Shown: positions 46,911-56,704 of the stretch, piece after piece
Layout of the letters: each line of letters opens with the position of its first letter
Numbering within the stretch: position 1 is the stretch's first letter
NCBI GenBank assembly: GCA_963666565.1
Contig: OY762911.1
Coordinates: 96,001-160,000, forward strand
Direction of reading: 5' to 3'
DNA length: 64,000 nucleotides
Origin: Thermoanaerobaculia bacterium
Lineage (GTDB): Bacteria > Acidobacteriota > Thermoanaerobaculia > Multivoradales > Multivoraceae
Notes under the pieces: generated by a model
What the model saw: the letters and a program-made list of their open reading frames with translations, nothing else
What the model was told of the DNA's origin: nothing
The model's database searches: none
Program-made: the position numbers and the translations under genes

Positions 46911-49438
46911 CAACCGGCCTCGCCGGCACGTCTCGACAGTCTCGCCTCGGTCTCCACGAATGACCGGTAGCGCCCGCCGTCCACCGCCATGAGCTCGTCA
47001 TGGGACCCGTTCTCGACGATCCGGCCGCCGTCGAGATAGAGGATCCGGTCAGCCTGCTGAATCGTCGAGATCCGGTGCGTGATGAGGAAGATGGCGCGGC
47101 CCTCGCCCCACGCCGACAGGCGTTCGAGCACCCGGTGTTCGGTATAGGCGTCGAGCGCGGCCGTCGGCTCGTCGAGAATCAGGATCGGAGCGTCCTTGAC
47201 GATCGCCCGGGCGATCGAGAGGCGCTGGCGCTGCCCCGTCGACAGCTTGCCGCCGCGGTCACTGAGGACCGTGTCCAGACCTTCCGGCAGCCCGGCGACG
47301 TACTCGTCCACGCAGGCGACGCGGGCCGCCTCCAGGACCTGCCCGTCGCCCGCGTCGGGGACGACGTAGCGGATGTTGTCGCGCACGGACATGCCGAACA
47401 GGACGTTCTCCTGGAGAGCGACCGAGACGTTGGCGCGCAAGCTGTCCACGTCCAGCTTGCGGAGGTCGACTCCGTCGATCGAGACCGTTCCGGAGTCGGG
47501 ATCGAACAGCCGAAGCAGCAGGCTGACCAGCGTGCTCTTGCCCGATCCCGTCGGACCGACGATCGCCGTGATCGAGCCCGGTTCCACGGCGAGACTGACG
47601 TCGCGCAGCACCGGGCGGTCCGGTTCGTAAGCGAAGTCGACGCCGTCGAACCGGATCTCCCGCCGGAAGGGCCCCATCGGCACGGCGTCCGGAGCGTTCT
47701 TCACGTCGGGCTCGATGTCGAGGATGTCGAAGGAGCGGTCGAGCCCCATCGCCATGTCCTGCGCCTGCGACCACAGGGTCACCAGGTTCCGCACCGAGAC
47801 GCTCGACGCGCCGATCTGCTCCTGCGCCCAGTTGTACGCGGCCAGGTTCCAGGTCACGAAACTGAGGCCCACGAGCGCGACGAGCGCCGTCGCGAACGTC
47901 TCCCGCTCCCCGTTGGCCCAGACCGCCATCAGGAACTGCGCGGTCAGGAGCGCCGCGGCGGCGATCGAGAAGGTGACGATGCCGACGACGGCCATCAGCG
48001 ACCGGACCCGGAAGGACGCGTCGAACGCCCTCACCGAATCGCGCTCGAGCCGCTCCTGCTCCCTGTCCGCGGCGCCGTAGGCCTTGATGACCCGGATTGC
48101 GGCGAACGTCTCCTGCACGCGCGAGGTGAAGTCCGAGTTGGCTTCCCGCGAAGCCAGTGACCGCTCGCGCATCCGCGGCGAGAACCAGCGCCCCCACATG
48201 ACGGCGAGCAGGACAATGCTGAGCGCCATGCCGCCGAGGATCGGATCGAGCGCGGCCAGGAAGACGACGCCGATCGCGTAGGTGCTCAGCATCTGCATCG
48301 ACTGCGTCACCGTGCCGATGACGGCCGTGACCTGGGCGCTGTCCTGGTAGATGCGGTAGACGGAATCGCCCACCCGGTGATCGCTGTGGTAGCGGAGAGA
48401 CAGCCCGAGCCAGCGCTCCACCAGCGCCATCCGCAGGTCCTGGTTCACGCGCTGCATGATGAAGATGTAGTAGTACGGCAGCAGCATCATCGCCGGGAGC
48501 TGCGCGAACCAGCCGAAGACCATGAAGACGGCGTAGATCCACTTCAGGCTGTGCCGCTGCTCCGCGGTCAGGGGGGCCAGGTCGATGTTCGGTTCGGCGG
48601 CGGCATCGGCGTCGGGTTCCGCGGCGGCGGCAGCGTCGGACTCGGCAGCGGCGGAAGCGTCGGGCTCGGCGGTGCCAGCGTCGGCTTCCGCGGCGTCCCC
48701 GGCATCCGCGCCCGCCGCCGCTTCGCCGGCGAGTTCCGACCGGCCGATGAAGTCGGCCAGGAACGGGGTCAGCGGCTCGGCCTGGAGAATGGACTGGCTG
48801 ATCAGGTCCACCGAGAAGAGGGCGATCACCATCGTCAGCAGGGTCGAGGCCCACACCAGGACGAAGTAGTAGACGAGGTGGCTGCCGAGCCGGACGCGGA
48901 AGCGCAGCCTGCCGCCGGCCACCCGGTACTGGAGCACCCAGATGCAGACGCATCCCGCCGCGACGAGTCCGACGTAGAGGGTGTCGGCGAGGCCCTCCAC
49001 GCCGAACAGCGCGAACAGAAACGCCGCAGTGCCGACGAGCACGAGCGCGAAGGACAACCAGAGGTAGGCCCCGCCCCGGGCGAAGAGGAGCGCCCACACG
49101 AGGACGGTCATCAGGACCGTGCCGGCAAGCAGGAGGTCGTGGCGCCAGTCGGTGCCCGGGGGCGCCAGCCACAGGAGGCCGAGCGCGGTCAGGACGGTGA
49201 CCAGGGGCGGAACGTGGCGGAAGCTCCACGCGCCGTCCGCGGCGGCGTCGCCGTCGGCGGCCTTGCTACGCGGCAGCTCCCGCCAGCGGCCGACGATCTG
49301 GGGCCAGAGATACGGCCAGGTCCGGACGAAGATCCGGAAGACGGCGACGAAGCCCTGCTCTTCCGTCGGCTTGCTCGGCTCTCGTTCTCCCGAGTCCTCC
49401 CCTTCGCCCCAGAAGGGGAGCGCCCGCGCCTGCTTCAC
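46910..49438 (-). CDS. ABC exporter subunit with extra N-terminal membrane domain (probable heterodimer partner)
   Basis: GPTGSGKS, LSTGQRQ, ILDEPTAALD; extra TM helices and an Ala/Asp/Glu-rich loop. Confidence 0.9.
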   Translation of the reverse strand: MKQARALPFWGEGEDSGEREPSKPTEEQGFVAVFRIFVRTWPYLWPQIVGRWRELPRSKAADGDAAADGAWSFRHVPPLVTVLTALGLLWLAPPGTDWRHDLLLAGTVLMTVLVWALLFARGGAYLWLSFALVLVGTAAFLFALFGVEGLADTLYVGLVAAGCVCIWVLQYRVAGGRLRFRVRLGSHLVYYFVLVWASTLLTMVIALFSVDLISQSILQAEPLTPFLADFIGRSELAGEAAAGADAGDAAEADAGTAEPDASAAAESDAAAAAEPDADAAAEPNIDLAPLTAEQRHSLKWIYAVFMVFGWFAQLPAMMLLPYYYIFIMQRVNQDLRMALVERWLGLSLRYHSDHRVGDSVYRIYQDSAQVTAVIGTVTQSMQMLSTYAIGVVFLAALDPILGGMALSIVLLAVMWGRWFSPRMRERSLASREANSDFTSRVQETFAAIRVIKAYGAADREQERLERDSVRAFDASFRVRSLMAVVGIVTFSIAAAALLTAQFLMAVWANGERETFATALVALVGLSFVTWNLAAYNWAQEQIGASSVSVRNLVTLWSQAQDMAMGLDRSFDILDIEPDVKNAPDAVPMGPFRREIRFDGVDFAYEPDRPVLRDVSLAVEPGSITAIVGPTGSGKSTLVSLLLRLFDPDSGTVSIDGVDLRKLDVDSLRANVSVALQENVLFGMSVRDNIRYVVPDAGDGQVLEAARVACVDEYVAGLPEGLDTVLSDRGGKLSTGQRQRLSIARAIVKDAPILILDEPTAALDAYTEHRVLERLSAWGEGRAIFLITHRISTIQQADRILYLDGGRIVENGSHDELMAVDGGRYRSFVETEARLSRRAGEAG

Positions 49439-49833
49439 GACAGCGTATCGACCAGGCCGGCTTCGATGATCCGCCGGTCCCTGGTCAGCAACGTGGCGCC
49501 AAGCACCCGGGCCGTCGCCACCAGAATCCGGTCGGCGGGGTCGCGGTGAAAGGAATCAGGAAGCGTCGCAACGTGTTCGCCGATCGCCGGAGAGATGCCC
49601 TGCCGGCGCACGAGCGGGTGCGCCACCGCCTTGTCGAGCCACTCCCTCAGCGGCAGCGTCAGGCGTATGCGGCCGAGGCTGTGCAAGGTCGCGATCTCCC
49701 AGATCGAGATGTCGGACACGAGCAGCGGAGACTCCGGGCCCACGCCCGCCAAAGCCTCCCGCTGGGACGACGAGAGGCGGCCCGGGTCGTTGAGCCACCG
49801 GATCAGGACGTGGGTGTCGAGCAGCAGCGTCAA
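49435..49833 (-). CDS. vapC: PIN-domain toxin
   Basis: LLDTH, S.IS.WEI, HRDPADR...ATA, L.T.D. Confidence 0.92.
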   Translation of the reverse strand: MTLLLDTHVLIRWLNDPGRLSSSQREALAGVGPESPLLVSDISIWEIATLHSLGRIRLTLPLREWLDKAVAHPLVRRQGISPAIGEHVATLPDSFHRDPADRILVATARVLGATLLTRDRRIIEAGLVDTLS

Positions 49834-50069
49834 CGCCGCGCGCTTTCCCAGTCGTCCGCGGGCACGGCAAGCGCCAGGATGTCCCCTGTTTCGACGACCG
49901 TGCCCCTCAGTTCGTACTGAGGGTACGCATCACCGGCCCGAACGGCGGGTCCGAGTTCCGCGACCGGCCGGCCGCGCTTGAGGATGACGACGGGTTCTCC
50001 GGTCTCGGCGACTCGATCGAGGAGAGCGAGGCAGCGGGCCTTGAAGTCGGTGGCGTTGATTGTCTGCAT
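49830..50069 (-). CDS. Phd/YefM-family antitoxin
   Basis: I.A..FKA.CL.LLD.V..TGE.V.I.KRGRPVA.L. Confidence 0.9.
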   Translation of the reverse strand: MQTINATDFKARCLALLDRVAETGEPVVILKRGRPVAELGPAVRAGDAYPQYELRGTVVETGDILALAVPADDWESARR

Positions 50070-50075
50070 CTGACC

Positions 50076-50104
50076 AGTCTTCATGCCCGGTCGGATCGTG
50101 TCAA
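50076..50104 (-). promoter_or_regulatory. Sigma70-like promoter, probably giving a leaderless mRNA
   Basis: TTGACA-17 nt-AAGACT ending 6 nt before ATG 50069. Confidence 0.55.
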
Positions 50105-50110
50105 GCCGCT

Positions 50111-51400
50111 TCAGGGAAGCTCTGCCGTTCTCCTGCGGCCCTCGACCGCGAAGTCGCCCTCGGGGGGCACATCGAGGCTCAGGGCGCCGCGGACGGTGTC
50201 GCCCCGGACCTGCAGCCAGGCGCTCAGCTTGCTCACCGACCCCTTGCCCCAGTTCACCTGGGATCCGGAGGCGACGTACTCGTAGCTCAGGATGCCGTCC
50301 TCGAACCGGACCGCCGTGACCTCCATCTCGCCGTCGACCTCGTCGTGGAGCGTCGCGGCGAGGGCGCCGTCCCGCTCGGACACGGTCAGCACGCTGCGGC
50401 GGAACTCGCCGAGGACCTTCGTCACAACGTCCCACTCGCCGACCACCGCGGCGGGATCGACCGGCGCCCCGGCGCCAACGACGCCGGGATAGTCGCGCCA
50501 GAGCCACCGCAGCGTCTCCGGGAAGATGGCGCCGCCGTGCCTCAGGTCGTGACCGCCCGTGCCCATCTCGAAGCGGTAGTCGTAGCGGGCGAACATCAGG
50601 GCGGACTCCATCTGGAGGTTGGCCAGCGCCCAGTTGCCCTCCGCGAGGTTGATGTCGTTCTCGCCGTCCTGGAGGAAGACGCGGATGGGCTTGGGGTTCC
50701 CGCGCGTCTTGCGGATCAGGTAGGGGTACCGGGAACCGCCCTCGAGCCTCGTGTAGCTGCCGACGTGGCTGACGACCTTGCTGAAGGCGTCGGGGCGTTG
50801 CCAGGCGACGGTGAAGGAGACCAGGCCGCCGTCGCTCATGCCGGCGATCGCCCGGCCGGCCGCCTCGTCCGTCAGGTTGTAGTCCTTGCCGACCTCGGGG
50901 AGGATCTCTTCCAGCAGGAAACGGGCGTAGGTGTCGTCGAGGGGCACGTACTGCGCGTGGCGCTGGTCCCAGGGGAGTTCCTTCATGCCGGGATTGATGA
51001 AGACGCCGATGGTCACCGGCATCTCGCCCCTGTGGATCAGGTTGTCGAAGACGGTCGGCGCCCGGACGGGGCCCTCGGGGTCCGCGTAGAACTGGCCGTC
51101 CTGGAAGACCATGACGGCCGCGGGTTCGGCGGCGTCGTACTGGGCCGGGACGTAGACCCGGTACTCGTGCGTCGTGCCCGGGTAGACGCGGCTGTCGTTC
51201 CAGGTGCGCTGCTCCACCGTGCCGGTCGGAACGCCTTCATGAGGCAGGGAGTCTGGACCGAGGGCGTACTGTGAACCGGCGGCGGCTGCCGGGAGCATCA
51301 GGGACACGAGCAGGACGGCGGACCGAAGCGGATGCCGGCCTGGCGGCCGGCGCGCTCTCCCGGCCGCCTGCGGCGACAGCGGGTCGGAAGACCCGCGCAC
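50111..51400 (-). CDS. Fes-like alpha/beta-hydrolase (esterase), secreted (start uncertain)
   Basis: VYVPAQY, MVFQDG, GMSDGG nucleophile, GGHD; C-terminal beta domain. Confidence 0.85.
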   Translation of the reverse strand: MRGSSDPLSPQAAGRARRPPGRHPLRSAVLLVSLMLPAAAAGSQYALGPDSLPHEGVPTGTVEQRTWNDSRVYPGTTHEYRVYVPAQYDAAEPAAVMVFQDGQFYADPEGPVRAPTVFDNLIHRGEMPVTIGVFINPGMKELPWDQRHAQYVPLDDTYARFLLEEILPEVGKDYNLTDEAAGRAIAGMSDGGLVSFTVAWQRPDAFSKVVSHVGSYTRLEGGSRYPYLIRKTRGNPKPIRVFLQDGENDINLAEGNWALANLQMESALMFARYDYRFEMGTGGHDLRHGGAIFPETLRWLWRDYPGVVGAGAPVDPAAVVGEWDVVTKVLGEFRRSVLTVSERDGALAATLHDEVDGEMEVTAVRFEDGILSYEYVASGSQVNWGKGSVSKLSAWLQVRGDTVRGALSLDVPPEGDFAVEGRRRTAELP

Positions 51401-51473
51401 CCAGCGAAGCGACGGCCGGGGCGGTTTCCCGGCCGCCTGCGGCGGCAGCGGGTCAGAGGACCCGCGCACCCAG
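51344..51473 (-). repeat. Tandem 69-bp units, each containing a REP hairpin
   Basis: REPs at 51379-51403 and 51448-51472, with similar CCCGGCCGCCTGCGGCG flanks. Confidence 0.8.
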
Positions 51474-51496
51474 TCTGCAGAGTTCGCGGTTCGCTC

Positions 51497-54415
51497 CTAG
51501 TTGAACGGCCGGAAGCGGAGCTGCATGCCGACCTCGCGGGGAGGCGTCACGAAGCCCAGGGCCGGGACGGCGCCGTTCCCGGAGATCGGCAGGTACTCGA
51601 GGACGGCGACCTCGTCCATGACGTTCTTCAGGAACAGCGAAACCGACCACCTGTCGCTCGGCGTACTCCAGACGCCGCCCACGTCCAGCCGGTCGTATGC
51701 CGGCAGCTCCCAGATGTCGATGTTGCCGATGCTGGGAAACGCCGGGTCGGTGTGCGTGTAGGTCGTCTGGAGCGAAATGTGGCCCGCGGAGACGAGCGAC
51801 TTGAACCAGGACGCCGTCAGCGCCAGCTTGTTCGCCGGCGCCTTCGGCAGCCGGTTCCCGGTCTGATCGGTCGGCAGGTCGTACTCGCTCGTGGCTGGCT
51901 CGCCGGTGTCGAAGTTGATGTAGTTCCACGTCGCCGTCTGGCCGTAGGGGTGACCGTTGATCACCGAGGAGTGCCGACCGATCTCCGAGTCCTGCCAGGC
52001 ATAGAAGCCCCGGAGCCCGAACGAGCCGATCCGGTAGCTGAACTCGAGGTCGACGCCCTGAATCGTCGTATCGGGAATGTTCGCGGTGTACTCGACCAGC
52101 GGCGTCGTCGAGTAGATCGAGATCGGAATGTCCACGCCCGGCGGCGGCGCCTGCGTCGCACTGAGCTGGTAGTCGTCGAACTGGTTGTACCAGAGGCCGG
52201 CCGAGAGCTGCAGACGGGAGTCGAGGAAGAAGCCCTTCGCTCCCACTTCGTAGTTCACCAGCGTCTCTTCCTTGATGTACGGGGGCACCTGGCCCGGCAG
52301 ACCGATGTTGAAGCCACCGGAACGGAACCCCGTGGAGACCCGGCCGTACATCAGATGGCCGGCATCCGTCGTGCGCTCCAGGGCGAGGTGGCCGATCGGC
52401 CGCGCCCAGGTCTGAGGAAACGGGTTGCCCTCGCCTGCGAGCGCGATCGTGACCGGGGCGCCTCCCAGAGCCAGCGTGAAGAAGCCGCCCTGGTCCACGG
52501 GCCTCTGCGCCTTTTCGTCTTCGGTGTAGCGGATGCCGCCCGAGATCGCCCAACTGTCGTTGAACCGGTAGTCGGCGCTGAAGAACGCGGCCTCGGTCCA
52601 GTTCCTGCCAAAGTTGAAGAAACTGAGCAGGTGGCTCATGTCGTTGCCGTCCGGGCAGTACCAGTAGAGACCCTCCTCGTCGCCCGCCGGGTCGGTCGTG
52701 CCGATGCCCCATGCCTCGACGATGTTGATCAGGACATCCTGGCAACTCTCGACCGGAACGAAGCCATAGACCGGCGAGGCCCTCCGGGCCTGTTCGTCGG
52801 CCGTTCCGAAGCGGTACGGGATCTGCAGATCATGCCGGTGGATCGTCCCGGACCTCGTGTTCTTGTACCTGAACAACCCGCCGATGAAGTTGAAGTCGCC
52901 CGCGTAGCTCGATCTGAACAGGAGTTCCTGCGAGTCTTCCTCGTACTCGAACGGAAGGTCGTAGAACGAGTTCGAGAATTGCACCGTTCCGTCGGGACAC
53001 AGGCCGCCCCAGCGCCCCGGCGTGCAGGACGTCAGCGTGTGGTCCAGCGAGTCCGCGCTACCGCCGAGGCCGTGACCGCCCGGCGGCGTGCCGATCGGCA
53101 CCCGATCCGTGTAGTCGGCGTCCCTGAGCGCCTGCTGCACCGTATCGCCGCTGCTCGCGTTGAAGCTGATGCCGAGGGACCTCGAAACCTGCCAGTCGGC
53201 CCGGAGCGTACCGAACTCGCTCTCGCTCTCGTTGATTCCGGGGTAGTTGAAGGCCACCCTGTTCCTGATGTCGCCGGGGCAGTTCCAGGCGGGGGTATTG
53301 AGGCCGCAGTTCGGATCGAGGGCCGGGTTGGGCGTCTCCCAGAGGTAGTAGCGGTCCCGGGAGTAGCCGCCAGTCGTCCGGTCGACGTTCGAGAGCTGCA
53401 CGAAACCCCGGGGTACTCCGCTGTCCTCCACGCTGGACCAGCGGGCCCTCACGTTGAACCGCTCGGTTTCGGCGCGAAGCTGCGGCGCGTAGAAGGTCTG
53501 CTCGGGCGCGTCATGGTCGCCGCCGGCGCCGACGTTCTCCTGCCTGCCGTCGCCCGTGTGGTTGCCGCCCGTCAGCCGGAAGCTGAAGGGACTGTCGCCG
53601 AGAGGGCCGCCGATCGCCGCGTTCAGCCGCTGCTGCGAGATGTCGGTGACCTCCCCCATCAACTCGGCATCCCACTGATTCGTCGGTCCCTTGGTGACGA
53701 GGTTGATCGCGCCCGCGATCGAGTTGCGGCCATTCAGGGTTCCCTGGGGTCCGCGGGCCACCTCGATGCGTTCCAGGTCGAAGCCGCCGCCGGGCGTCGT
53801 GCCGTAGACGCCCAGCGTGTAGGCGCCGTCGACGTAGGTGGCGACGGCATAGTCGGCCTGGTCGTACTGGGCGTTCCGGGTGCCGATTCCGCGGATGACC
53901 GTACCTTGGCCCTGCTGCTCGACCTCGTCGCCGAACTGGAGGCCCGGAACCAGGTTCTGCAGGTCCGTCCTCTCCTGGATCACGAGTTCCTCGAGTACGC
54001 CCGAGTCGAACGCGGTGATCGTCATCGGCACTTCCATGACGTTCTCCTCGACCCTTTCGGCCGTGACCATGACCGTGTCGTGGTAGGCCGGGCGAATCTG
54101 GAAGGAGACCGTGGCGCCGCTCGCGGTCACAGTGACGGACTGGCTCGACGACTGGAAGCCCTCGAGGCTCGCGGTCACGGTGTGGCTGCCGGCCGCGACG
54201 CCTTCGATCGAGAAGGCGCCGTCCGCGCGCGTGATCGCATCGCCGCCGCCCTCGACGCTGACCAGGACGCCCGGAAGCGGGTCGCCGTCGGCGTCGGTGA
54301 CGGTGCCCGAAACGCTCCCGTCCTGCGCCAGCGCGGGCAAGGCGAGGAGCGTCAGGGTAAGAAGAGAGGCGAAGATCCTGGCGGTCTCCGATGCGAGTCG
54401 AGGTCTGTTCTCCAT
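51497..54415 (-). CDS. TonB-dependent receptor with N-terminal carboxypeptidase-regulatory-like domain
   Basis: Signal peptide, VMVTAER, IRGIG, RIEVARGPQGTL.GRN..AGAIN, terminal beta strand. Confidence 0.95.
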   Translation of the reverse strand: MENRPRLASETARIFASLLTLTLLALPALAQDGSVSGTVTDADGDPLPGVLVSVEGGGDAITRADGAFSIEGVAAGSHTVTASLEGFQSSSQSVTVTASGATVSFQIRPAYHDTVMVTAERVEENVMEVPMTITAFDSGVLEELVIQERTDLQNLVPGLQFGDEVEQQGQGTVIRGIGTRNAQYDQADYAVATYVDGAYTLGVYGTTPGGGFDLERIEVARGPQGTLNGRNSIAGAINLVTKGPTNQWDAELMGEVTDISQQRLNAAIGGPLGDSPFSFRLTGGNHTGDGRQENVGAGGDHDAPEQTFYAPQLRAETERFNVRARWSSVEDSGVPRGFVQLSNVDRTTGGYSRDRYYLWETPNPALDPNCGLNTPAWNCPGDIRNRVAFNYPGINESESEFGTLRADWQVSRSLGISFNASSGDTVQQALRDADYTDRVPIGTPPGGHGLGGSADSLDHTLTSCTPGRWGGLCPDGTVQFSNSFYDLPFEYEEDSQELLFRSSYAGDFNFIGGLFRYKNTRSGTIHRHDLQIPYRFGTADEQARRASPVYGFVPVESCQDVLINIVEAWGIGTTDPAGDEEGLYWYCPDGNDMSHLLSFFNFGRNWTEAAFFSADYRFNDSWAISGGIRYTEDEKAQRPVDQGGFFTLALGGAPVTIALAGEGNPFPQTWARPIGHLALERTTDAGHLMYGRVSTGFRSGGFNIGLPGQVPPYIKEETLVNYEVGAKGFFLDSRLQLSAGLWYNQFDDYQLSATQAPPPGVDIPISIYSTTPLVEYTANIPDTTIQGVDLEFSYRIGSFGLRGFYAWQDSEIGRHSSVINGHPYGQTATWNYINFDTGEPATSEYDLPTDQTGNRLPKAPANKLALTASWFKSLVSAGHISLQTTYTHTDPAFPSIGNIDIWELPAYDRLDVGGVWSTPSDRWSVSLFLKNVMDEVAVLEYLPISGNGAVPALGFVTPPREVGMQLRFRPFN

Positions 54416-54537
54416 GGCGTTCTCCCTCTGGTTATCCTGCCGGTAGCACCGCACCGGCCAGCTAGGCTCTCGAACAGCCGAACATGATACACCGTTCAAT
54501 GTTCCGCGCCGCAAACCGGCGGCGCGGATCCAACACG

Positions 54538-56685
54538 ATGAACATTCCTCTGCCCCACGACTACGCGGAACGCGTCTACGCCGGCGTCCTCGGCAAGGTC
54601 GTCGGCGTCTACCTCGGCCGACCCTTCGAGGGATGGCCGTACGAGTGGATCCGCAAGCGGCTGGGCGACATCGAGTACTACGTACACGACCGGCTCGACG
54701 TTCCCCTGGTCGTCACCGACGACGACATCACGGGGACCTTCACCTTTCTGCGCGCGCTCGAAGACCACGGCTCGGGCGCCGACCTCAGTTCGCGGGAAGT
54801 GGGCGAGACGTGGCTCAACTACCTGATCCGGGAGCGCACGGTGCTGTGGTGGGGCGGTCTCGGCAACTCCACGGAGCACACCGCCTACCTCCGTCTCAAG
54901 AGCGGGATCGAGGCGCCCACGAGCGGCTCGATGGAGTTGAACGGCAAGGTCGTGGCCGAGCAGATCGGCGCCCAGATCTTCATCGACGGCTGGGCGATGG
55001 TCGCTCCCGGCGACCCGGACCTGGCGGTCCGCCTGGCGACCGCGGCCGCGCGGGTGAGCCACGACGGCGAGGCCGTACACGGCGCGCGCGTCGTCGCGGC
55101 GATGGAGTCGATGGCGTTCGTCGAGCGGGACACGGCCACGCTGCTCGAGGCCGCGCTCGGCTACATCCCGCCGGACTCGGTGATCGCGCGGATGATCGGC
55201 GACCTGCGCCGCTGGCGCGCCGCCGACGGCGACTGGCGAGCCAACCGCGCCCGGCTCGCCGAGCGCTACGGCTACGACAAGTACGGCGGCAACTGCCACA
55301 TGGTCCCCAACCACGGCTTGATCGTCCTGGCGTTGCTCCACGGGGAGGACGACTTCGCCGAGACGCTGAAGATCGTCAATACCTGCGGCTGGGACACCGA
55401 CTGCAACTCGGGCAACGTCGGCTGCCTCCTCGGGATCAAGGAAGGCCTGGCCGGCATCGACGCCGGGCTGGAGAAGGGCCTCGACTGGCGCGGTCCGGTG
55501 GCCGACCGCGTCTACCTGCCGACCGCCGACGGCGGCCGGGCGATCAGCGACTGCGCCACCGAGGCGCTGCACGTCGTCAACATGGGGCGGCGACTCGCCG
55601 GCGAGACGGCGCTGGCGCCGAAGGGCGGCGCGCAGTTTCACTTCTCCTTCCCCGGCTCCGTTCAGGGCTTCCAGGTCGCGGAGGGCGAGGCCGAGGTCGC
55701 CAATGTCGCGCTGCCTGGGTCGAAGGCGCGACGCGAGCCCGGATCGCGTCCCGGCCGGCGCCGGCGGCACGCTTCCGGCGAGCGGGCCCTGCGCATCGAC
55801 GCGGACGGCGAGGCCCGGGTCGGCTCGCCCGTCTTCATCCCCGCGGTCGAGACGGCAGAGTGGTTCGAGGGCCGCGTCTATCCGCTGATGGCCTCGCCAC
55901 GGATCTTCCCCGGCCAGACCGTCGAGGCGACGCTCGGCGCCGGGGCGGACGGCGTCCGGGCCAACGTGTATCTCGGCTACTACGGAGAGGACGACGAGGT
56001 CGGGCATCTCGACGGCGATGTCGTCGAGCTGGCCGCCGGAGAGAGCAAGCGCGTGGCGTTCAGGGTGCCGGCGCTGCCCGGTCCGGTCTTCTCGGCCGGC
56101 GTCCGCGTCGCGGGACCGGCGGCGGGTTCCGTCTTCCTGGAGGCGCTCAAGTGGTCGGGCGCGCCGGAGTTCCGGCTCGAACGTCCGACCCACCGGGGCA
56201 CGATGTGGCGTCGGGCCTGGGTCAACGGCGTCGACCTGCTGACCAAGGGCACCGAGATGTTCCGGCTGGTCCAGAATGCCGGCATGGGCCTGCTGATGCA
56301 GGGGACCCGGGAGTGGCGCGACTACTCCGTGACCGCCGACGTGACGCCCCACCTCGTCGAGAGAGCCGGCGTCGCCGTCCAGGTCCAGGGCCTCACCCGT
56401 TTCTACGGCCTGCTCCTGGCCCCCGGAAACCGTGTGCAGCTCGTGCGCATGCTGCACACCGAGGAGGTGCTGGACGAAGCCGACCTCGAATGGCGGCTCG
56501 GCGAGACCCGCGAACTGACCCTCGAGGTCCGCGGCAATCGCCTCGCCGGCAAGGTCGACGGCGCGACTCTCGTCGAAGCGACGGGCGACGCCATGGACCG
56601 CGGCGGCATCGGCCTGGTCGTCGAGGAGGGGCGGCTGGGCGTCGACCGGGTGGAAGTTCATCCTGCATCGGCTCGGTACCCGTAA
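54538..56685 (+). CDS. ADP-ribosylglycohydrolase family protein with C-terminal beta domains
   Basis: G.P.EGW, TDDD, SHDG, GWDTDCN. Confidence 0.9.
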   Translation: MNIPLPHDYAERVYAGVLGKVVGVYLGRPFEGWPYEWIRKRLGDIEYYVHDRLDVPLVVTDDDITGTFTFLRALEDHGSGADLSSREVGETWLNYLIRERTVLWWGGLGNSTEHTAYLRLKSGIEAPTSGSMELNGKVVAEQIGAQIFIDGWAMVAPGDPDLAVRLATAAARVSHDGEAVHGARVVAAMESMAFVERDTATLLEAALGYIPPDSVIARMIGDLRRWRAADGDWRANRARLAERYGYDKYGGNCHMVPNHGLIVLALLHGEDDFAETLKIVNTCGWDTDCNSGNVGCLLGIKEGLAGIDAGLEKGLDWRGPVADRVYLPTADGGRAISDCATEALHVVNMGRRLAGETALAPKGGAQFHFSFPGSVQGFQVAEGEAEVANVALPGSKARREPGSRPGRRRRHASGERALRIDADGEARVGSPVFIPAVETAEWFEGRVYPLMASPRIFPGQTVEATLGAGADGVRANVYLGYYGEDDEVGHLDGDVVELAAGESKRVAFRVPALPGPVFSAGVRVAGPAAGSVFLEALKWSGAPEFRLERPTHRGTMWRRAWVNGVDLLTKGTEMFRLVQNAGMGLLMQGTREWRDYSVTADVTPHLVERAGVAVQVQGLTRFYGLLLAPGNRVQLVRMLHTEEVLDEADLEWRLGETRELTLEVRGNRLAGKVDGATLVEATGDAMDRGGIGLVVEEGRLGVDRVEVHPASARYP

Positions 56686-56704
56686 ATGTGGCAATATGGG
56701 GGAC

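Noticed and set aside
51344-51473. 69-bp periodic repeat as a mini CRISPR array
   Set aside because: Only two units, the would-be spacers resemble each other, the motif is dispersed elsewhere as a REP, and no cas genes are present.
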